Assembly (NCBI GenBank): GCA_032718475.1
Contig: JAUCBJ010007937.1
Location: 26,865-90,864 of the forward strand
From: Nemertoderma westbladi
Lineage: Eukaryota; Animalia; Xenacoelomorpha
Direction of reading: 5' to 3'
Length of the DNA: 64,000 bases
Part shown: positions 12,347 through 21,012 of the stretch, one piece after another
Numbering within the stretch: the first letter of the stretch is position 1
How the letters are laid out: the number at the start of each line of letters is the position of its first letter
Position numbers and translations under genes: made by a program
Notes under the pieces: model-generated
What the model was told of the DNA's origin: nothing
The model's input: only the letters and a program-made list of their open reading frames with translations
The model's database searches: none

Positions 12347-13060
12347 CTCCCCCCCATGCTATCTTCCCGGTAAGAAGATAGCATCAACCAAAAAAGTGCG
12401 CTACAATCCCGCTGGATCCCGATCTAGTATCGGGTGTGGGGTGGAATTCTTTTCTCTCGGAGTCGGCTTTCCAGGCCGCCCCCTATGGGTATGATAACGC
12501 TACCCTGTGTGCCTGGCGTCTCATGTCGGGCCGATCGCGCTCACCTCTCACGCAACTTTTGTTTCCCCAACACTTCCGCCCTATCTCTTCTTCACTCTCA
12601 CCCTAACTCTCTCACACTCGGACCTCCTCGTCCCTCACTCAGCCTCTTATTCTCCCCCCCCCACACTAGAATTGCGTCCGCACTCTCTCCGCACTCCGCA
12701 CTATTATTCCGTCCCTCAACCTCACTTCGACTGTCTCTTCCCTTCTGACGAATCTCCCCCCCCCCCTCTCGTGCCGTCGCACTCAAGAAGTGTGAAATTG
12801 TCTGGTGTCTCGTCCATAGTGCCATAGTCAGTTGTCCCCCAGTCCCAGTAGCTAATTGAGAAAGGTTGTATGACTATAGTACTTACTCCGAACGTATATA
12901 TATTTCTAGATTACTAATTACTACGTACGTACATACAAATTGCACTTATATGATTATTTTGCATTAATTGAATTTGTACTTAATAGTTCGTACATCCCAC
13001 GCGGCGCCTACCAGGCGTACCACGTCCAAGTCCCAGTCTCTCTCCCTCGACTCTGGGAAC

Positions 13061-15610
13061 CTATCTGTTCCTCCGGGGGTAGTTCCCCCTGGCGTCCTCT
13101 TCCCTGGGTCGTTTCTTGGTTATCACCGTTCCTCTGGCATCATCCGCTTTCTGCTTTCGGACCTTCGCCGCCACTTCCTTGCTGATCCCGGTCGTTGGCT
13201 CCTTGGGCGCTGGTGTTATTAGTGCCCGATATCGCTTCGCCGGTGGCCCCTCAGAGTGGCCCGGTTGTCTCCCTCTAGTGGCGTCCCATAGGATCATTTT
13301 CATTGCCTTTGGTACGTGCTCCGCCAAGAAATCCCTAAACTCCCTTCGGTTCTCTGGCGTCCACCTGTCCAGATACCTTTGCGTGTTCATCACTCCAGCG
13401 TACGACGCCGCCGTTGCTACCTCTTGGTAGGTAAACGGTAGCCTCCGCTTTATGATTTCCATGTGAGTCTCCTGATTGATAAGGAAGAAACCCCACTTGA
13501 ACTCCTGGGCCTTCATGCGCTGGCGCGTCATGGCCCCGACGTCGGCCCACTCCTCGAATCTTGTGAACTTCTCCTCGTCGTTCATCCAGTCGCACTCGCG
13601 CCCGTAGTGTCCCCGAAAGTGGCACTTTGGACATCGGTTATGCAACCGTGGACACGCCCCCATCCTGTGACTTGGTTCTCTGCAGTAGAGACAAAAGGTT
13701 CCCTGTTGGAACCGGTATAGGCAGCTGCTTTCCCGATGGGTCTGTCTCCCACAGTAGTCGCAGCCGAGTACCAATGTCTCCCGTCCCACCTCGTCTTTCG
13801 TCCCAAGCGATCTCCGCGGTCTGTGGAGTCGCTGGTAGGCGAACTTCTCTACGTTGGTCTCCCTGTCTACGTCGATCTCTCCGCCCCTCTCGGGCATCGT
13901 CTCCCCGAATACTATCCGTGGTGCCGTCCCCGGTTGCTCGCCCAACCTGATGGTGCTCCCCGCGAAATCCATCGCCGGCTCCTCGTGCACCCAGGTCCGC
14001 TTGCCGGATCTGTTCCAGAAGGCCCTCGCCCCACTGGCCGTCACCACCCTTCCGCCAACCCAGTCCGTGTCCGAGTGGCCTATCCTCTCGATGGGCGGCA
14101 TCTCTCCGAACTCGTCGTCGTCGTCCTCCTCTTCTGGTAGTGTCTCCAATCCCGGTATCCCGATGGATCCACTATGTCCCTTCCCGCCTTGGCTCTCGCC
14201 CGTAGCTCTCCATCCCTCTAGCTCCCTTAACTTCCTTGGCGGTTGGTCGCCCTCGGCGCCCGCTGGTATGGGCATCGTTCGCAACCCCGACGTCGACTGT
14301 TTCGGCGATCCCACCGTCCATCCCAATTCTCGCCCCAGAGACTCCCCCGAACTCCCTGATGAAGTCCAATGAAGCTCGTCTAGGCCCGCCTGTTCCTCGA
14401 AGCCGTAACTCTGTGTCCTGGCCTCCTCTTCCCTCTCCTCTGCTTCTATCCTCTCCCGTCTAGCGACTTCTTCCAGTCGCTTTGCTTCTCGTCTATCCGT
14501 CTCTAGCTGCTCCCATCTCTGATACGGTGTATCTGTCTCCCCGTCTACCAGATGTCGGCTGTTGTAATACACCGACTCGCCCTTCAGCCCCGGGTGGTCT
14601 ACCAGACCGTCAAAAGCCACTTTAAAGGCTCTCCTGTAGCTTAGGGGTGATCCCGATAACAGAAATGCCCCTGGTTCCCTCTCGATAATCACGGTCATGA
14701 ATAAGTTAAGCAAACTTATCATCATCCAGTCCTCCTGCAGGATATATCGCTTCTGATATACCTTTATCGCTCCCCTGCGGAACTGATATACCTCCTGCTT
14801 TCCCGGTCTCGCTCCCCACTTTAGCGAGTTCGCTAGTTCTGCTCCGTATTCTTCCCTAAACTTCCCCCAGTCCATCGGTTTGTGGCACACGAGCCCCAAT
14901 AATTGGCCCATCGCCACCGCCCCGCATTGGCCTGTGTTTTCGACTACCCCCAATCCATCCGGTGCCGTCATAGCCATAAAGACTTTCTGCATATCCAGGA
15001 GGTTGGTGGCGTCCGGACCGATGATCCTCTCCGCGTCCTCGCGAATCGCCGATCCCACTTTCGTCGTCGACTTCTCTCTTACTAAGACTTGTACCGCTTT
15101 CGGTAATCGGTCTAATTTCGGCCCGTCCTTCTTCCCATACGTCCCTAGGTCGAATAAGAAGATGTCCCCATTTGGCGCGGCCAAATGTAGGAGTATGGTC
15201 CTGGCCGACCCTGCCATTCCTCGTCTCGAACCCGCTTCGTCTTCCACGGTTCCCTCGTCATCTAGGATCATATATCCTCCTCTGTTGACGGACTCTATGA
15301 ATCTCTTCCAGTCCTTCCTCGGTGATTCCCTCAGGTATTTCGGAATCCCGAACTTCGCCTCGTCCCCTTTCACCACGTAATGGAAGTGTTGGAAAATCGC
15401 GTTGTCTAGCGACGGCGTCCCGTAGGTCCTGACCAGCCGCTGTTCGTGCATCTCTCTGAAGTGATCCTGCAGCGCTCGCGCCGCGTGACCCCTTTCCAAC
15501 CTCTCGTAGTATCCTCTCGTCTTCTCTTCCGGATGTCTCTCGGTGAAATCCACCAGTATTTCCTTTCCTCCTGACTCCGCCTTTCTCTTTCTGATCAACT
15601 TACTCGCCAT
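13061..15610 (-). CDS. Accessory ORF (849 aa): DEDD-type 3'-5' exonuclease-like domain, coiled coil and 3 CCHC zinc knuckles
   Basis: ILDDEG (ExoI D117/E119), LLHLA..IFLFDL, LP..V..L..KVGSAIRED (ExoII D192), LLDM, G..LLG..K, W, QKRYILQED (ExoIII-like); then CDYCGRQTHRESSC, CLYCREPSHRMGAC, CPKCHFRGHYGREC. No signal peptide or TM helix, so not env. Confidence 0.8.
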   Translation of the reverse strand: MASKLIRKRKAESGGKEILVDFTERHPEEKTRGYYERLERGHAARALQDHFREMHEQRLVRTYGTPSLDNAIFQHFHYVVKGDEAKFGIPKYLRESPRKDWKRFIESVNRGGYMILDDEGTVEDEAGSRRGMAGSARTILLHLAAPNGDIFLFDLGTYGKKDGPKLDRLPKAVQVLVREKSTTKVGSAIREDAERIIGPDATNLLDMQKVFMAMTAPDGLGVVENTGQCGAVAMGQLLGLVCHKPMDWGKFREEYGAELANSLKWGARPGKQEVYQFRRGAIKVYQKRYILQEDWMMISLLNLFMTVIIEREPGAFLLSGSPLSYRRAFKVAFDGLVDHPGLKGESVYYNSRHLVDGETDTPYQRWEQLETDRREAKRLEEVARRERIEAEEREEEARTQSYGFEEQAGLDELHWTSSGSSGESLGRELGWTVGSPKQSTSGLRTMPIPAGAEGDQPPRKLRELEGWRATGESQGGKGHSGSIGIPGLETLPEEEDDDDEFGEMPPIERIGHSDTDWVGGRVVTASGARAFWNRSGKRTWVHEEPAMDFAGSTIRLGEQPGTAPRIVFGETMPERGGEIDVDRETNVEKFAYQRLHRPRRSLGTKDEVGRETLVLGCDYCGRQTHRESSCLYRFQQGTFCLYCREPSHRMGACPRLHNRCPKCHFRGHYGRECDWMNDEEKFTRFEEWADVGAMTRQRMKAQEFKWGFFLINQETHMEIIKRRLPFTYQEVATAASYAGVMNTQRYLDRWTPENRREFRDFLAEHVPKAMKMILWDATRGRQPGHSEGPPAKRYRALITPAPKEPTTGISKEVAAKVRKQKADDARGTVITKKRPREEDARGNYPRRNR

Positions 15611-16044
15611 TCCGAATGTTCACTCGCTCACCTGCAAGGTGGTGCCTTACCAAGGCGCAATACAGATGAGTGATGTATCTAGGATGTTCTGTACAGTTCG
15701 ATAATGGCCTATTTCCTACTTAACTGCGCCTTTAACCTAAATTATTCCTAATTAATTTTGAAGCTAGTAAATGAGCGTAATTTACAATTTCTGTCCGTTA
15801 CTAACTAACGGTACTTACGTACCCTCTAACTAACTCTCTAACTGGCGGTACTACGTACCTCCTAACTAACTAACTAACTAGGTACTACGTACCTTCTTAC
15901 TAACTCTCTGCCTACTAACTGCGTACCTACCATGTACTATTTTTTTTATTTTATTTTATTATTTTGTTTGTGGGAAGGGCGTCTCGCCCTCAATCCCACC
16001 CCCTCAGTCCAAAACTTGGACGACTAAACTTTCCTCTAACTTTG

Positions 16045-19000
16045 CTAAGGTGCCCCTTCCAATAGACAGTATTTACCTACAGCTCTCCTGTAAGTTTTTC
16101 TGTCCTTCGCACCTATCTTTCCACCTATCCGCACTTCTACCGATCGGACTCTTCCGTCCTCGTCGGAGTAGGTGCCTACAACTCTCGCCAACCGCCATTG
16201 GTTGTTGATGATAGTATCATCCGTGACGATTACGAGATCTCCTGCTCTCAACTCCCTGTTTGACTTCCTCCACTTGCTTCGTTTATGGAGCGTGGGTAGG
16301 TATTCTTCGACCCACCTCCTCCAATACTCTGCGCTTATTGCTTTAGCGACTTTCCAACTTTGGCGGGAGTGTATGTCGTCTGGGTCTACACCCCGCATAT
16401 CGATGGTCGCTGGCCTCTCCATTAGGAAATGGCTAGGCGTTAGCACGTCTAGCGACTCAGGGTCATCATTCTCCGGATATAGCGGTCTGCTATTAATGAT
16501 CCCCTCGCACTTCGCAAGTACTGTACGTAAGACGTCCTCGGTGACCATGTGGGTGTTCATTAGCTTCGTCATTAGACGCTTTGAACTGCCCACCAGTCTC
16601 TCGATGCATCCTAGTGTATGTGGTGCATACGGCGTCCTTCTCTCCCACTTTTCTTGTCGTCTCCTCATGGCTGCCTTGACTTCTTCTCCCTCCAAGGTGT
16701 CCAGGGCCTCTGCCATCTCACTCTCTGCGCCCACAAAGTTGGTGCCGTTGTCGCTGTATATCACTGCGATCGTCCCACCTTTGCGGTCCCTAAACCTTTC
16801 TAAGGCGTTAATGAACGCTGATGTGGTTGCATCTTGGGCGAGTTCTATCCCTACCGCCCGCGTATTGTTGCATACGAAGATAATGCCGTAGCGTTTCTCC
16901 ATGTGTCGCATCACTTTGATCTTTATCGGCCCGAACATGTCCACACCGCAATGCGTAAATGGCGGGTCGTGCTGTCTTACCCTACTCGCCGGTAGTGGCG
17001 CCATCTCCTGTACGGCTCGCTCCTTCTTCGCTCGTCGGCAGGTCTGGCACTGCCCCACTACCGCTTTAACCTTCTTCCTTAATTGTTTGACCCAATAGGT
17101 CCTCCTTATCTCTGTGAGGGTTCGGTTGGTGCCCCCGTGCAATATCGATTTGTGGGAGTCCCATATAATCTGGTGGACTATTGGCGATCCTGTAGGAATG
17201 ATGATGGGTTTCGGTGGTACGACTATGCTGTTGTTGTATCCCACCCTAGAATTCATTACTAGAATCCCGTCGTCATTGAGTTGTGGCGACAGCGTAATCA
17301 GCTCGCTGTCCCGTCGGAGGTGCTGTTGGTTACCGACGCGTTCCACCTCGTCACCGTAGTTCTTCCGTTGTTCATAGCGGATCACTGCCTTGGCCGCTCC
17401 TTCCAGATCTATGGTTGTCCTGATCTTCTTGCCCTTGCCGACTCCCGCAAGGAAATTCCCGAAGGCTCTCCAGTACGCCACTAGTTTCTTGGTCTTATAC
17501 CAACTAGAACTGTAGCTGAGGAGTTTATCCGTTGGGTTATCGCACAGTTCCCTTCCTGGTTGCACGTCCCTAATCTCCCTCACCATCTGGGAGTATATCT
17601 CTTCTCCATCTGAATCTCCCTCTTCTCCTTCTGATACTACTTCCGAGCCCGGGTCCACCTTCCTCATCGGCGGCCAGGCCTCCCTATCGCTCAGAAATTG
17701 TGGCCCATGTTGCCACAATACTTCCTTCTTCAGGAAAGTGTGGCGTTCCACGCCCCTCGACAGCAAGTCCGCTGGGTTCTCGTCTGTTGGGCAGTAGTGC
17801 CACCTTTCCAGTTCTGTGCTCGCCCTTATTTCGTCCACTCTATTCGCGACGAATATCGGGTATCTCGTCCTTTCGTTGTATAGCCAACCAAGCACTACCA
17901 TGGAGTCCGTCCAGTAGTGTGTCTCCACTATGTTGGGAATAGTATCCACTAGGTAGGCTGTGGCTCTTACTCCTAGTCTCGCAGCTGTCAATTCTAACTT
18001 GGGAACTGATGCTGAATCTGGCGGCGTTGACTTTGCTTTGCTAAAGGCTAGCCTTGGCTTATGAGCCCCCTCTCGTTCTACTAAGTAGAGTGCCGCTCCG
18101 TACGCTTCCAACGACGCGTCGGAGAACATGTGTAGGTCCAGATTCGTCATGTTCCCATCCGGGAAATACACCCTTGGCATGTTGTATGTTCCCATCTTCT
18201 CCAAGTTTCCTGTCCACTTGCTCCACTGTTTCTTGATTTCCTCTGGTACCTCTACGTCCCACTCATCTTTCAATTTGTATACTCTCTTGAGTATCTGTTT
18301 CCCCGTGACTAATAATGGGGATGCTAGGCCTAGGGGATCGTATATCCTTGCTATATACGATACATAGCCCCTCTTCGTGTGGATGTCTGCGCCCTCCTGG
18401 CTCAGCTGATACTTCAGTTCGTCTGTCTCTCTATCCCACACGATTCCCAATGCCTTCTGCTGGGATTCCGTTCTCTTAATCGCCATGTCCTGCCCTTTGG
18501 CTGTTGTGGGATTATCCATGGTCGATTCTGGTTTCCTGTCCTCTATGGCTTTGATAAATTCTTCCGAACTGGATTGGAATTTGGTCAGGTTAAAGCCGGA
18601 TCCTTTTAGGATGTCGCGAACCTCGCGCCCTGTATCCAGTATCTCCTTAACCGTATTTCCAGACTCCATTCCGTCGTCTACGTAGAAGCCGCGTCGAATC
18701 ATATCGACGGCCCTACTGCTGTATCTATCTTCCTTCCCCTTTACTGTGTCTCTCACTGCCATAGTCGTCATAAATGAAGACGACTTGGCCCCCATGTTCT
18801 GTACTATCATCTTATATGCTGGTATTATCGGCGGTTCTTCTTCGCCGTTATACCATAAGAAGCGTTGACTGTCGCTATCTTCTTCCGTTACACGGACTTG
18901 GTTGAACATGCCTTCTATGTCACACGTGAAGGCGTGTTTCCCATTTCGAAATCTAAGTAACACCTCTATGCCCGAATTGTAAATGTTTGGGCCTTCTAAC

Positions 19001-21012
19001 AGGTAGTCGTTTAAGCACTTTCCATCGGTCTTTGCCGATGCGTCGACTACCATCCTTAGTTTACCTTTCTTTGGATCTAAAGCCACGTGCAGTGGCAGGT
19101 AATATGTTCTATCCGTGTTCGGCTCGTCGACCGGTAACTCCACGGCCCATCCTTTCTCGACGTACTTCTTAATTGTTCTGTGGATGTACTCATTCTTCTC
19201 GGGGCTCCGTTTTAGTGTTTGTTTCAGTTTGCGGAGTCTCGTGAGTACCATCCCCCTATTGTCGGGCAGCGTTATCTTCGGTAGTTTCCATACCATTCCT
19301 ATAGTATACCATCCCTCATCGCACGTCATTGATTCCTCCACGCTTTGTAGTGCCTGTTTGTCTTCTACCGAGGTCCCGACCCCGGTTTCTTTCAGTCCCT
19401 CGAAATCTTGTCTGAGCAGTCTTTTGAGCTGCTCCTCTGCTCCCTCATCACCCATTTCCTGCATTGTCCCCGCGAACATGCATCCTGATGTCTCCGACAT
19501 CCTAAATGGTATCTTGCTCTTGATTGGACCACTCAGCGTCCACCCGAATGGTGTTAATATGGCCACCGGGTCACTCTGCTTGTCTTCACCGAAGACCGTT
19601 TGCATTCTTTCGTGGGCCGTTGGGCAGTCCATACCTACTATGATGGATACCTTCCTAACGTCCACGTCTGGGATTGAGAAGTCAATGTTGTCCAGGAATT
19701 TATACTGCTCGACCTCGATGTTGGTTGGCCGCCTGGCATTGATATTAATTGACTCTATCACTTGAATGGGGTCGATGGTTGCCCCATAGTCGCATCCCGG
19801 TGCCACTGCTGCAATTGCGCACCGTCCTGTTCTCATCTCCAGGATCTCATCTTTACTAGAGATGGTTGTTACCGCCATTCTGCTTGGCCTCGTTCTCAAT
19901 CCTATCTCCTCGGCCACCCATTCCTCGACTAATGTGAAGGCAGCTCCACTATCAACCAGCATTAGTGTTGTTACTGATCGATTGCCTTCCCCGATCACTC
20001 GTACTGGTACTACTCCAAGTAGCACCGTTCCTCTTTTCTTCGCCCCTACTGTGCTCGTCGCCATCGTTTGGCCTCTCCTTTGGCCAAATTTCATTGGCCT
20101 CTCCTTGCACTCCCTTGCTCTATGTCCACTCATTACACATCGCGAGCAGATTTTATTGCTGAACGCATAATCTATCTGATCTTGCCTAGGTAGCGCCTGC
20201 CAGTACCTGCAGTTCATAGTTTGATGAGGCGCATTTGCGTGTAGCTGGCATTTGCTCTTTGGGTCGTAGCCCTCTTTATACAGTGCATTGCGTATCGCAG
20301 TTGCGTTCGTACCAAAGTCCCTACTATTCTTATTGTTTGGGTTTTGCCTATTGGACGTACTGGGGTTATGTTTATTCGTGTTATTATTGTTTCCCTGTCC
20401 GTTCCATGATGTTGTCTTATCCTCGGCTAGCTGTGGACTTGCAGTCCCCTGCGTCGCTGCATATGGCAATGATTGCCTGAGTCTCGGTAATGCGTTCGAT
20501 GTGTTGTGCTCTGGTTTCGGTCTATGGTAGTCTGTCTTCGGTCCCTTTCCCAGGCTGTCTTCGCTATAGACTGGGTCAGTTATTAGTTCAGCCTCGTAGT
20601 TTAAGAAGTTTGACATTTCTTCTAAACCCGGTTCCGCACCCTTCTTATCTCGAGTGGAGAAGGCAATTTTCCTCCATTTGTTGCGCAGCCAGTTTGGTAG
20701 TGCCTGCGCTATCTTGGTGATGTTGTTGGACGCATTGAGCTCGTACGGCGCGTCTAGCGTCTTCAGCACGATTAGCGCCTTTTCGACTTTGTTAGCGAAC
20801 GTCTTAATGCTAACGGGATTATCCTGTAGGCCACCCGATGTTATGCCTCTCAGCGTCTGCCTGATGATCTTGGCCGGGTGCCCGTATTCCCTATCCAGTG
20901 CCCGCCATGCTGTCGTGAAGCCGCCCTCTATTCCTTGATATTGCCTCACGATGTCGTATGCTGGGCCTCCCGTGTACACTTGTAGATACTTTAGGCACTC
21001 CGCCTGCGTCAA
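16045..21012 (-). CDS. pol: Bel/Pao Gag(C-term)-Pol polyprotein
   Basis: Gag core and Zn knuckles (CSRCVMSGHRAREC), protease LVDSGA, RT (CDIEGMF, YVDD), RNase H FSDAS, integrase HHCC plus GVDMFGP/SDNGTNF/ERLV, and Pao C-terminal WRRWVEEYL..R.KW. Confidence 0.97.
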   Translation of the reverse strand: MTQAECLKYLQVYTGGPAYDIVRQYQGIEGGFTTAWRALDREYGHPAKIIRQTLRGITSGGLQDNPVSIKTFANKVEKALIVLKTLDAPYELNASNNITKIAQALPNWLRNKWRKIAFSTRDKKGAEPGLEEMSNFLNYEAELITDPVYSEDSLGKGPKTDYHRPKPEHNTSNALPRLRQSLPYAATQGTASPQLAEDKTTSWNGQGNNNNTNKHNPSTSNRQNPNNKNSRDFGTNATAIRNALYKEGYDPKSKCQLHANAPHQTMNCRYWQALPRQDQIDYAFSNKICSRCVMSGHRARECKERPMKFGQRRGQTMATSTVGAKKRGTVLLGVVPVRVIGEGNRSVTTLMLVDSGAAFTLVEEWVAEEIGLRTRPSRMAVTTISSKDEILEMRTGRCAIAAVAPGCDYGATIDPIQVIESININARRPTNIEVEQYKFLDNIDFSIPDVDVRKVSIIVGMDCPTAHERMQTVFGEDKQSDPVAILTPFGWTLSGPIKSKIPFRMSETSGCMFAGTMQEMGDEGAEEQLKRLLRQDFEGLKETGVGTSVEDKQALQSVEESMTCDEGWYTIGMVWKLPKITLPDNRGMVLTRLRKLKQTLKRSPEKNEYIHRTIKKYVEKGWAVELPVDEPNTDRTYYLPLHVALDPKKGKLRMVVDASAKTDGKCLNDYLLEGPNIYNSGIEVLLRFRNGKHAFTCDIEGMFNQVRVTEEDSDSQRFLWYNGEEEPPIIPAYKMIVQNMGAKSSSFMTTMAVRDTVKGKEDRYSSRAVDMIRRGFYVDDGMESGNTVKEILDTGREVRDILKGSGFNLTKFQSSSEEFIKAIEDRKPESTMDNPTTAKGQDMAIKRTESQQKALGIVWDRETDELKYQLSQEGADIHTKRGYVSYIARIYDPLGLASPLLVTGKQILKRVYKLKDEWDVEVPEEIKKQWSKWTGNLEKMGTYNMPRVYFPDGNMTNLDLHMFSDASLEAYGAALYLVEREGAHKPRLAFSKAKSTPPDSASVPKLELTAARLGVRATAYLVDTIPNIVETHYWTDSMVVLGWLYNERTRYPIFVANRVDEIRASTELERWHYCPTDENPADLLSRGVERHTFLKKEVLWQHGPQFLSDREAWPPMRKVDPGSEVVSEGEEGDSDGEEIYSQMVREIRDVQPGRELCDNPTDKLLSYSSSWYKTKKLVAYWRAFGNFLAGVGKGKKIRTTIDLEGAAKAVIRYEQRKNYGDEVERVGNQQHLRRDSELITLSPQLNDDGILVMNSRVGYNNSIVVPPKPIIIPTGSPIVHQIIWDSHKSILHGGTNRTLTEIRRTYWVKQLRKKVKAVVGQCQTCRRAKKERAVQEMAPLPASRVRQHDPPFTHCGVDMFGPIKIKVMRHMEKRYGIIFVCNNTRAVGIELAQDATTSAFINALERFRDRKGGTIAVIYSDNGTNFVGAESEMAEALDTLEGEEVKAAMRRRQEKWERRTPYAPHTLGCIERLVGSSKRLMTKLMNTHMVTEDVLRTVLAKCEGIINSRPLYPENDDPESLDVLTPSHFLMERPATIDMRGVDPDDIHSRQSWKVAKAISAEYWRRWVEEYLPTLHKRSKWRKSNRELRAGDLVIVTDDTIINNQWRLARVVGTYSDEDGRVRSVEVRIGGKIGAKDRKTYRRAVGKYCLLEGAP

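Noticed and set aside
13061-15610. env gene
   Set aside because: No signal peptide, fusion peptide or transmembrane helix; nuclease-like and CCHC motifs instead.
16172-20938. Many plus-strand ORFs antisense to Pao pol
   Set aside because: Shadow ORFs with no recognisable domains.
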